A stretch of 58,886 bases of DNA, from contig MQRK01232061.1 in NCBI GenBank assembly GCA_001938485.1, forward strand, positions 1 to 58,886. The letters run 5' to 3'. The notes beneath the pieces are model-generated. The model ran no database searches. It was not told the origin of the DNA and saw only the letters and a list, made by a program, of their open reading frames with translations. Each line of letters opens with the position of its first letter. Within the stretch, counting starts at the first letter, position 1. The position numbers were made by a program, and so were the translations under genes. Positions 47,561 through 58,886 of this stretch are shown here, in pieces. The DNA is from Girardia tigrina (Eukaryota).

Positions 47561-50500
47561 ATTAATTTAGAGGTTTTTTTCACGTTTTGCTAGTCGTTCT
47601 CCAGAGGAAGGTCCAACAAGTGTATCACCAACGAAAAAATAAATCTAAACTAAAATTCTCTATTACAACAAAATTTATGTGGTCGATAATAACAGCTAGT
47701 CTTCTTCCTAATTTATATTTTTCTTCTTTCCTCATTTTATTTGTCGCAATTTTTTGTCTCTATACTTAATTGTTACTTCACAAGTTTAAAAATAAAATTT
47801 ATTATTTTTTATATTAAAGAAGATTCATTAATCATATGATACGCAGAATAATAATTATTATTATGATCATGTTATTATATACTTCCTCTGTTTTTGTCTG
47901 TACGGATGGAAAGTTTCGATCGATTTTAAAGTATCTTCCCTTTTAGCTAGAGCTTTGAATTTTTTTGAATATAATTCAAATAATGCAATACTTCAGCTTA
48001 TAGAGACAGATAATCCGAGTTTTTGGGTCATTTCCAGTTTATGGTGGTTTTGTTTACAAAGTTATTTTTACAAACCAATGAAACTACTTTTTATTTTTAA
48101 GTAGATAATTATTTTTTAAAAAATTTATATTATTTAATTATAATTTAGAGATTTGTTAGCATTTAAGATTTCGAAAAATGTATTATTGAAAAAATAGTTT
48201 TATAAAATTTTGCTCATTATAGTGATTTTAAAATAAAAAGAAAATAATAATTAAAGACAGTATTTAAAAGAAAGAAGTTTAGGTTTGCGAAGAAGAAATA
48301 AGTAAAAAAAGAAAAATGTTGGGGTTATATTACGGATTGTAATATTATTGATTTATTGTGTTCTTGTTGTTTATCTTGTAATACTATTTTTATATTGTAA
48401 ATTTTATTATTTTCCGTATATCTATTATTTATTTATAATTTTATTGTATTTATAATTTTATAGTAAACAAATTTAATTTATTTCAAAATTATATTTTTTA
48501 TTTTTTTAACAATTTTGTCACGCACTATGCATTCTTTTCACGCATAGCGCGTCCTTTGCGATAGCCACGCGTTTTCAATTTTTAGGCCACCTTATTCTTA
48601 TTTTTTCTGACGTTCAATTTTTGCAATAGCCACGCGTTTTCTTTGTTACATAGTCCACGCGTCTATCATAAGTATAAAATGGTTAAGCAAGAAGCAAATA
48701 ACGTTAAAAATTGTAATATTCATACAGGTAAGAATAATTCATCGATACGTTAAAAAAAATTATATATTCATACAGATTAATTGCGATTAATTAATTCCCG
48801 GTAATTTGTTGCTCAATTTTTAAGAAAATTGTGATCGACTAATCGACTAATTTCCTGACAAGCCGCGTTTCATTTTCCGAGGAAATTGCAATCGATTAAT
48901 TCCTGACAGTCCTTGATTTTCCGAGAAAATTATCGTGATGGAATTAGTCTTCCTTTTGGCGAAAGAGATTTGCGCGTTACAGTTATCTTGGCTATCGGTG
49001 AGATTCCTCGCTTGTAATTTATTAAAATTTTCTACGTAAAATAATATATTTTAATTTTTATAAATTTATAATTATAATTAATAATATATTAAAATAATAA
49101 TTTTTATTTATTAAACTGACTAGATACTTTGAAACGATGTTTTCGAAGTATCCTAAATATCCAAATCACATAAAAGGATATTTTCATTTATTGCTAAATA
49201 GATTTTTGTAAAGAAGTTGTTATATATTGTTGGGGTTATTAAAATTTATTAAAATTTTATAAAAAGAAAATCGTCTTGCGTTATTAATATTTGATAAATT
49301 GATATTTATTTAATTCATTAATCGTTATTTGATTGGTTAATTTAACAGAAGAAGAGCTTAATAATTAAATAATTTTAATAAGAATTCAAGTTCAAGTGAA
49401 GATTTTTAAATTTCTTTTTTAATTCACTGTTGGGTAAAGGTAAACAAATTCCCTTTCACCCAGTGTTTTAACAAAAATAATAAAATAATCAGTAAACGAT
49501 AAAAACGTGGTTATATGAAAAGCTCTTTTTATAATTTGTGATTATTTTTTTCATTATTTATTACAAATATAAATACCTTGAAAAATAAATAATCTACATT
49601 GTTTGGTGAGTTTAAAAACATTCATATATTATAAGATTTCAATCTTTATCGATGCTTCTCTCTCATTTTTTAAAAATTCTTTTATTCCATTCCATAAAAG
49701 CAAGTAGAAGTTTATCCATAAATTAAGTTTTCAAACCATATTTCAAAACAGCGGTTATTTGATCTTCGAACTTTTACATTTTGAGAAGAACAATCTTGCA
49801 GACCTTAGAGAACTTTAGACGAGATCTGTTTAATGTTTTCATTAGATATTTTTTTGTTATTCTGCTTATTCTAATTTTAATATTTTGTTGTGAGTAATCG
49901 TATCTTCGTTTACTCAATTCTTTTTGATAATTATATTTTATGATGTTTCGGCAAAACCACCAATATTCAAAAAAAACTTTTTAATAACTGATTTTGTTTA
50001 ATTAAATTAAACAAATATTTTATGATGACACAATTTTAAATTTTAATATTTTAATTTCAAATAAATTTTGCCCCGTTTATTTCTTGATCTCAATTCTTTA
50101 CCGCGGGGTATATTTACATTTTATTCTGCATACTCTCGAGATGTCCTGATGGTGTCCGATGAATATTTTGTTCTTGATTGTGTTAATTACACAGACCGGT
50201 TCACATCTCACTCGAGGTATCGATACCCAGATCGACCGATCAATCTAACTGTCGACCGAAACGGAACCAATCGCCAAGTGGGGATCGAGACACAACTCGG
50301 AACACAATTTGAACATAATTTTTGGAACATATTGTAATATAATGTCTATATTATTTTGAGAGTCTTATTGAATAACTTGGTTTTGTAAATCTTATGGTGT
50401 AACTCATAGTGAATCTGCAAGTCTTCAGAACGTAGAACAATCATTCTCTTTGAAAATATTTTTAAAATTTTCCAGAGATAATAAAAATAACCAACGTTAT

Positions 50501-50904
50501 TAACCTAACAATTTTTTTTACTTAGCATTTAGTATTTTAGGATTGTTAATGGGAAGTTTGAAAAGAGATTGAATGATCTGAATGCTTTGGTTCAAAGCTG
50601 GATCTAAGTTTCATCGTAATTTACGGTTAAAAGTATATTTATCGTAAATCAGAGTATCTTTCAAACTTCAAAAAATAATGTTTTTGAGAGTTTTTAAATT
50701 CTTTAGAAGTGATGATTTTCACACTCTTCTGGAATCTATCATTAATATCATCGGTCTCAGCGTCTGAATCCTATTTACAGAAATTTTTAAGCCTATAATA
50801 AACGTTTATCAGTATTTTATGAATTATAAAATCGTACAAGTTCCTCAGAACTGGACAGCTTGTCATAAAATACACTTAGACCCTCCCTTGGAGTCTCATA
50901 TGTA

Positions 50905-52098
50905 CGTAGGCTGTCCGAAAGATTCATAGCCTAACATAGATATGGTGCTATAAACTGCCAAATGATAGATGTGTTAGAAGTCATTTATGTAATATAAACA
51001 CATGTTAAATTTCATTATGTTGTATCATTTCTTTCTTTGTTTAAAAGCCATTTAAAACTGACTTGTCATTGATTTTTTTACTAATGGATAAATTCAAGAA
51101 TCCGGCGGTAATTAAATATTTTTTATGAAAGGATTAAAAGTATACCACAGCAAAAATTGGATATCGGAATTTAAACGTAGTCGTAAAACTTCGACAACAC
51201 TAGAAATCGTTCGCGAAGTACATGATATGGTGTTAGATGATCGGTGTGTCAAAGTACAGGAAATAGCTGATACCCTTGGCATATCAAAAGATCTAGTTGG
51301 ATATATTTTGCATGAAGAATTACATAGGAAAAACTTTGCGCAAGATGGTGCCGAATTTGTTAAGGATCGATTAAAGACGCTTTTTAATGAGAAATTCCAA
51401 GCTTGTTTGGATTATTTTAGACAAAATAAAGTGGATTTTATTATCGTTTCATAACTTTTGATGAAACATAGATCCACCATTATACACCAGAAACAAAACA
51501 ACAGTCAAAATAATGGATTGAAGTTGATGTAAGTGCACCAAAGAAAGCTAAAACAGTTCAATCGACCGGGAAGTTTATGACAAACATTTTTGGTATTACA
51601 AAGGTGTTCTATTGATCGATTATCTTGAAAAAGATAAAACAGTCAACTCAGAATATTAATCAAGACTTTTGGATCAACTGGGTGCAATAATTTATGAGAA
51701 AAGACATTGTTTGGCGAAGAAAAAAAAATCATTTTTCACCAAGACAATGCACATGTTCACAAGAGTGGTTTGAGGATGGCTAAATTGAATGAATCGAAGT
51801 ACGAATTACTTGACCATCCACCGTATTCACCAGATTTGGCTCCCAGTGATTATTATTTGCTTCCTAACTTAAAAAAAGGTTCCTTACTGGAAACATCAAA
51901 TGATGATGCTATTGTAGTTGTAAACGGTTATTTTGCAGAGCTCGAGGAAAATCATTTATATTAACGGATAAAATTGTTAGAAAAACGTTGGAGTAAATGT
52001 ATTAATGTTTTGGGAGATTATACTACAAAATAAATATTTTTTTCAAATTTAACTATTGTTTTCCATTGTTAAGCTCAGAACGTTTCGCACAGCCCGCG
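50905..52098 (+). mobile_element. Degenerate mariner (DD34D) with both TIRs
   Basis: TA|CGTAGGCTGTCCGAAAG and TTTCGCACAGCCCGCG|TA; ITFDET*IHHY and HQDNA-...-HPPYSPDLAPSDY with 34-residue spacing. Confidence 0.9.
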
Positions 52099-53953
52099 TA
52101 ATATGTACGAACTGACAATAAACGATTTCTAAATGAACTTTATATAATGTATTTTTTAAAATATTTTTAAAAAATATGTTTGTAGCACATATATAGATGA
52201 AATTTAATTTAATCATTTCCCATTTGTTTACAATATTAAATAAACATTGATTATATAACATTTATAAAAAGCCATTTCGTTTGATTGATGCATTTTAATT
52301 ATGGGAATCATTTAAACAATATAATAACATAAAAGATGTATTTGTCCGAAATTCGTTGTGGTAAAATTAGCAGCGGGAAAATCCGTGTTTAAATAAACAA
52401 AATATCTGTTTATTGCTATATCGAATGTCGCACGTTGGCTTTCGAAAACATTTTTTCAAGGATTTATGGTTTAATCATATAAACTTGTATTAATTTTGAA
52501 TAATTATTGGCAACTGCTCATAATATATGTGCCTTAGATTATTAAGGATCATAATTATTATAAATATTAAGTATTCTCTTTGTATTTATAGTAAAATTTG
52601 TCTTTTGATATTTATAATTGTTGCATAAATTGAAATAAAAAAGGATTCCAGATAAAATCAGTTAAGACTGCAGAATCCTCTTTTATACAATAAATAACGT
52701 AGTGAAGATCTACGGAAACTTTTTAATTAAAGCTAAAAAAAGAAAGACCTTTTAAATGAAGTGTATTTTAAAAGTATATTTTTACATGTTTACATAATAT
52801 TTTAAAGTATAAGTAAATATTAAAACAGAAATGTTTAGATTTTTAAATTAATAAAAGTATTAAATTAAATAGATTTAAAACGAATTAAATTTAAAGTAGT
52901 TGGAAAATTAAATAGTTAAAAAAATTAAATATAAAATCTTAAGAATAGTTAAACAGAATTTAATAAAGTTTAAGAAAGTAAATACAAAAGGAAGAAAAAT
53001 AAATATCATAATAAATATTAAAACTAAAAAATGAAATAAAATGTTCATTTAAAAGAAAATACAATATTTAAAAAAAATACAAAATTAAATACGAAGTTAA
53101 TATACCAACTATTTTAAAATAGTTCATTTTTATAATTAAAATAGTTTTTTAATTGAAAAAAAATTATAAAATTAAACATAATACAAAATTTTGAAAATAA
53201 TAAATCTGTATATTATTATTTATAATTTTTTTTAATTTTATTGGTTTGTGCAAGAAAAATTAAAAAAAAATCGTTCCTCAGAAATTTAATTGGGAAAACT
53301 TGTTTGAATAATGTTTATATTGTTGTTATTAAATAAATTTTGGAAATGTCTGAATTCTCATCTGAAAGTAATACCGAACCTGATAAACTTATATAAAAAT
53401 AAAAAATAATGGTAACTTAATAACTGTATTATTTATATCAATAAATAACGAAGTGAGCAAAAAGAAGAATCAACAAAATATCACAGGAAAAATAGAAAAT
53501 ATCGTATAGCACAACAAAAAAAAACAAATACGCTTCTTTGATTGTTTTATTAGTAGTTTATTGTAGTTTATCAATCAGTTAATGTTTTAATAGTTGAATA
53601 ACTTTGTTATGAATAGAGAAGTAGTTCAACAAATAGAATAGTTTCGTCTTGAAGAGGAAAATTGTTCAATAATCAAATATATTTAAATGCAAAGTTTCAA
53701 TATAAATTTGATCTGTTAGACAAAATGATCTATTAAAAATACCGTTAATAGTTCTTACGAAGAAGTCTTGTTACAGATAATAGTTACAAAAACACATACG
53801 ATTGGAGTAACTAAAATAATTAGTAATAAATTTAGTAATGCCCATATTATTTTTTTAAATTTTGAATTACTATTCAATAGTGAAATCCATATTGCTATGA
53901 AATTATAATTCAAAACCTCAATTATAATTTTAATGAAATATTTATTATATATA

Positions 53954-54318
53954 CAGTCAGTGAACGCTTGTTTCTATACTGCTTTTTGTTGTTGCACTGC
54001 ATGTTTGTGTATTCCTTGTTAAGTATACATAAACATCTACATAAGTATACATGAATATTTCATTTTTATTACTTTTCAAGTTATAAATTGTCATTATTTA
54101 TTTTAGAATCATGCCTGTCCGCGGCAAGGAGCTAACAACAGAACAGCGTGCAGTAGTTTTGCACTGCAGAAGCACGGCATTTTTTATCGACAAATAGCTA
54201 CAACTCTTAATGTTTCTCTTGGAGTTGTGTGTCAGACTGTTCAGAGAAAAAGGAAGACTGGTTCTTTATGTTCAAGATCTCAATCTGGTCGTCTAAGGTC
54301 AACCAGTCAAAGAGACTG
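53954..54318 (+). mobile_element. Tc1 5' fragment
   Basis: TA|CAGTCAGTG start; MPVRGKELTTEQR...RQIATTLNVS...SGRLRSTS (HTH plus GRPR-like motif). Confidence 0.8.
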
Positions 54319-54559
54319 GTTGAAATATTAATATTAATATTATATATCAATACACAAAATACTAAATATACACTGCTTTTTCGTGGTTAGAGATTCTTAG
54401 GTTATTTCGTCATAAATACAACGAAAGTTTTTGAGGTTGACTGTTCCTTCAGATGCTTATGGCTTTATCATGACTGATTTTGCCAAAAATGGTGTTCAAA
54501 TCAAATACTTCTATTATTCCTGTTAAGAGAAATCACATATTTATTGCAACATTTAATAC

Positions 54560-55990
54560 CAGTGCCGGATTATCCATTAGGCAAAGTAGGCAACTGCCTT
54601 GGGGCCCCGAGATAAAGAGATAAATGTATTGTGCTAAAAAATTACAAATATTATTAAATTAGCAAGGGCAGTTGACAGAAAAACAAACATTAAAAGTTCA
54701 AATGATTTGTGATCATCATTCAACTATCAACATGTCACTTGTATTCGTTTATGGTTGACTCAAAGTTACTCAACTCGAGATTTGTTACTTACTGCCAAAA
54801 ATAGTGCAGTAGCATCATATCACGTTCAGCGCACGTGAATGACTACGAGAATGTCGTGAATTTGTGAACCGTGTCGGGGGATAAGCAGAATAACTTGCTA
54901 TTAGATAGTCATGCAGTGACGTTAACACTGCTACCGAAGATTCACAGCATCGAAGAGCCTCCTTTAATACTTTCAAAAGCTAGGTCACTTCTGTGAACAA
55001 CACACCAAAACGTTAATAGATCACGATGCAACCAGTTCTTCAGTGCCCCTTGTTGATCCTGTATTAGCGCTTTCGCCATCTGTTATCACACCAATCGGCT
55101 TGAAAGTTTGCGCGATCATGTTTTTAAGGGTAACATGAATGGCTTATAGCAGTCTACGGGTTTTAATCTTTTGATGTTAGTTGAAGGCAATGGAAACGTT
55201 CTTTACTTCACGCTCTTTTGTTACCATTCTCGCAGACACGAACTTGTCATCCAACATTTACCGTCTGAAGCTATTATCAACTTATGCGGTGTAAGCAACA
55301 CAGTCCTATGGTTCACCAGTGAGGTCCTTCTGAACTTCTCCAGCAAAGATGATTAGCATTTTTTATAACAGTTTGGGTCTCTGTAATCTAATGTCGATGA
55401 AGGAGGTTGAAATTCTTCCAATAGAGAAGTCATCCTATTCTCGCGAAGGATGTTAACAATTTTGGACCAATCTACTTGAACTAGAGACTTTGATTGCCAA
55501 CTGTTGGCAGAAATTGTATCTATCAGATTTTCATTTTAAATGTCTACGGTGAGTGAGAGAACTTCACAACTTTCGTACAGTACAGTTGTATTTGCTTGGT
55601 AATCATGAGCCAAGTAAACAGTGTCATTTCGAGCAACCTTGCAAGTTACACTCACAAACGTTCAATATTTAGCATATTGTCTTATGCTTTCCTTCAGCTA
55701 ATGCAAACATATATGCTTCCAATTATTCATTACTTTTTTTCTACTTATAATTTTTCATTCACTTTTCTGAGCTTGTACCATTCCTTAGTATCGTTAGAAG
55801 TGCTGATAATAGATTTTTCTGTTGCAAAAGAGTCAAGGCATATATTTGTGGTTCAGTCTTCTGCTCGAATAAAAGAGGTTAAATCTTCTGTGGTTTCAAA
55901 AGCATCAGGTTATGATCACAAAAAGTAGAAATGTAATTTTAAAGATCGGTTAGGATTATTAATTTTTTTCCAAATTGCACCACCCGATCA
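54560..55990 (-). mobile_element. Degenerate hAT element
   Basis: TIR-like CAGTGCCGGATTATCCATTAGGCAAAGTAGGCAACTGCCTTGGGGCCCC; minus-strand IGVITDGESANTG. The far boundary is uncertain. Confidence 0.6.
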
Positions 55991-57054
55991 ATATGTTAAA
56001 AAAAGTCCTACAGCGGAAGTAAATACGGCCTTCGACACTTACAAACTTTGATATTTAGAAATATTGTAATCACATTCGTCAGTTTCATAAGCTTTTTTTA
56101 AAAGAATTTGACTTTAACCTTCTCCAAAAAACGAGAAGATTTATGGAAAGTTTAGTTTGTGAATAGCGAACAGTCTTTTTCTACTATTTTAAAATATTTT
56201 TTTTATTTTCTCAAATATTTTCTGAAAAATAATTTTTTAAATACTAAAAATTCATTTTAATATTTTTTATAATTTTAATATATAATATCATATACTTTTA
56301 CCAATTTTTACCAAATAATTTTCTTTATTTTTTATTGTTTTCTCAAATACTTTTAAAAAATAAGTTAAACAATAACATAAAATAAATATAAATACAATAG
56401 TTGTAAATGATAGACAATTATTTTAATAATTTATTTCTTTATTTTTATTTCCACAAAATTTTTAGAATAAATTAATAATTATTATTACGTTTTGTTTTCA
56501 ATTTTTTTGTAAATAATTTCTATTTATTTTAAATTTTTCAATTTTAAAATAAATTAATACTATAATTAAAAATAAATTAATAATAAATTGAATAAATATT
56601 TTTAAAATCTTTCAATATTGTTGGAGAAATAAATCCAAAATTATAATAAATTAAAATTTTTATAATATTACTTTTTTTATTACTTTAAAGTAATATTTTT
56701 TAATTTTGTAAAATATTTTCTTAAAAATTAAATTTTAACATTCCGTCTGCCACGCGACTTTATTGGACTCTATTGCAATATTCAGTATTTTTCACCTTTA
56801 ATATGATTGAAATTTTTGTAACTTCCTAACGTATTATATAATGAACAAACGTTTTTTTAGTTGACAAAATCAGCTAATTTGTTTGTGAATTTAACCCTCG
56901 GGTCTCAGGGATTGGAATAGTAAGCAACATTTATATATTTTTCTCAGTAGACAGAATAATAAATATTTAAAATTTTGAGAGCTAATACTGCCTTCTTTTT
57001 GTTCTTCTAAAAATTTTCAATATTCTTGTTCATTTTTCAAAAATGAAGTTGTGA

Positions 57055-57763
57055 GAAGTGGTTGCAACATCAATATGAGGATTCATTTTTTTAACACCAA
57101 AATTTATTACTCTAACAAAAATTCACACATTTAAACAAATTTTTCTGTTAATTTAATTTTCTCGCCACGAATTAATCCATTAAATTTTTCGATTCAATTT
57201 CTATAATTTTGCAAATTTATTAAATAATCTTCACATTTTAACTAAAAATTTATTTCAAAATTTACTTAAAATTTTGCAAATTTATTAAATAACTTTCCCA
57301 TTAAAACTAAAAATTTATTTAAAATTTTTTCATAATTTCTATTAAAATATATAAATTGTTATGACTGTAAAATTATTTTTTATTTATAAAATAAATATTT
57401 AATATTTAATGGTTTTCTTAACATTTTTAATTTTAAGATATTTAATAGACACATTAAAAAGTTATTTTTTTTATTTTTAAATAGATATTTAATTTTTTAT
57501 GCTTTTCTTTTATTATATCATTTTTAATTTTTGAAATATTTTTAAAAACACATTAAAAACATATTTTATTTTTAAGTACGTATTTGATTTTTTGATAGTT
57601 GTTTTATTATATCCTTTTTAAATTTTTTTAAAATATTTAATACGCATATTAACATTAAAATATTTTACCTTTAAATTAAAAAAATAATAAATTATTCTGG
57701 CGAGATGGAAATTTAAATTAACCCCTCAAAGAAATAAATAAAAGTTAAGTCGCAACCGTCTTC
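57055..57763. mobile_element. AT-rich MITE-like insertion in the second copy of the 18631 repeat
   Basis: Inverted ends GAAGTGGTTGCAAC/GTCGCAACCGTCTTC and inner pair TCTCGCCA/TGGCGAGA; the segment is absent from the 18631 copy. Confidence 0.5.
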
Positions 57764-58079
57764 AAAAATTACTTTTTGTTCTATTGTATTGTGTCCAAAA
57801 TTATAAAACTATAGTTTTTAAACAGTTTGAAAGTACTCCAATTTTATTGGTCGAAAGGAAATCTCCGAATTTTCACAGTTGTACCATTATTTTTTTAAAA
57901 ATTTTTTTGCTAAAAATATAATTTCTGCCTAATCATACCACTTCCAAAGCCTCCAAGAACAACAATAAAAATTTTTAAAACATGGTAAAATACTGCCTTA
58001 AAATAGGCGATGGGGAATATTTAGTTAATGGCAATTGGAATTATTTATTAACCTCTTAAGTGACATATTTCTTCTAGCG

Positions 58080-58700
58080 AAATTTGTGCCGCAGTGGTTA
58101 GTTTTTTATATGTTAGCTGGGACTGAGAGATATGTACCTATATGAGTATATATTTCTCACCGTTTCGATGCGTCCTCATCGCGGCCCTGCATAACCAACC
58201 AAATTCGAGAAGGGGTGCCTCTCACCATGGACTTGCAATCTATGAGTGGGTACCTTAAAATCCATTGCAACGAAAAATTTGTCAAATATAGAAAACTCTG
58301 ATATCGCTCACAAAACAATAGGATCTCGGGCTAATTGGGGACCGGTATGGTGTCTCCCTAGTCGAGGTTTGCTTTCTGGTTTAAAGTCCTGTACATGGAA
58401 TGTGCGTGGATTCGATAATGAGGAAGTTTGTAGCGTTATTAACACTTTTGAAAAACAAAATGCTGATGTAGCTATCCTGACGGAAACGCACAAAGAATTT
58501 TCTGAGCAGAAGGAACTCACAAGACACATTAATAATGTGCATCTGGCCATGGCACCGACGGCACAGAGATATGGTAGAAGTTCAATGTGCGTCAATGCTG
58601 AGTATTATTTGTAATACACAGTTATCCGTAACAGTCGGGGGGGGGCTTGTATGTTAGCACATATACGTAATAGACATGGAACATCTCTGTACTATTTTCG
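58080..58700 (+). mobile_element. Non-LTR retrotransposon 5' fragment with AP-endonuclease N-terminus
   Basis: LKSCTWNVRG...ADVAILTETH are the APE motifs I and II (ORF 58246..58614). Confidence 0.8.
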
Positions 58701-58774
58701 AATTAGATATAATGTTATGTACAATATAATTTATGTGAATATATGCGTCTAGGGCGTTTTGTAATACATATATA

Positions 58775-58886
58775 CAGGGTGGGCCAAAAGTAGGGTTACA
58801 GTTGCTTCATTATCTGTTTCACCTTCACAATCACGTTTAGATATAAATTATAGAAAATATTACTGAACTCTTATTCTATGTTACAT
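58775..58886 (+). mobile_element. Start of a Tc1/mariner element running off the window
   Basis: TA|CAGGGTGGGCCAAAAGTAGGGTTACAGTTG, similar to the TIR at 3586. Confidence 0.6.

Noticed and set aside
47560-50880. Possible Polinton or viral relic in AT-rich DNA, including ORF 50068..50337
   Set aside because: I could not recognise any diagnostic protein motif or terminal structure.

Overview
Very AT-rich, repeat-saturated eukaryotic (invertebrate metazoan; flatworm-like is a guess) draft scaffold with four N-gaps. It contains one convincing host gene: a three-exon BCL11 (BCL11A/B, CTIP) family zinc-finger transcription factor on the minus strand, join(39566..39515, 37831..37688, 37509..35951), 584 aa. 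Its first coding exon, absent from the ORF track, encodes the NuRD-recruiting motif MSRRKQENP. The gene sits in a ~5 kb island without recognisable transposons. Most other recognisable sequence is decayed mobile DNA: about 15 Tc1/mariner copies (DD34D, DD35D, DD34E, DD41D), hAT MITEs and transposase relics, two piggyBac derivatives, three Mutator-like foldback elements with 9-bp TSDs, non-autonomous Helitrons, a Ginger-like long-TIR element, a Gypsy pol/PPT fragment, a non-LTR endonuclease fragment and two degenerate 28S rDNA pieces. I saw no intact transposase, and I cannot support a new multi-gene system. The most notable items are the altered BCL11 domain architecture, a Helitron carrying an inverted copy of its own 5' end, Mutator-like elements carrying telomeric repeats or Gypsy sequence, an intron-bearing Tc1, the dispersed 28S relics, and an inverted mariner pair bracketing the gene. 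All calls were made by eye, without database searches.
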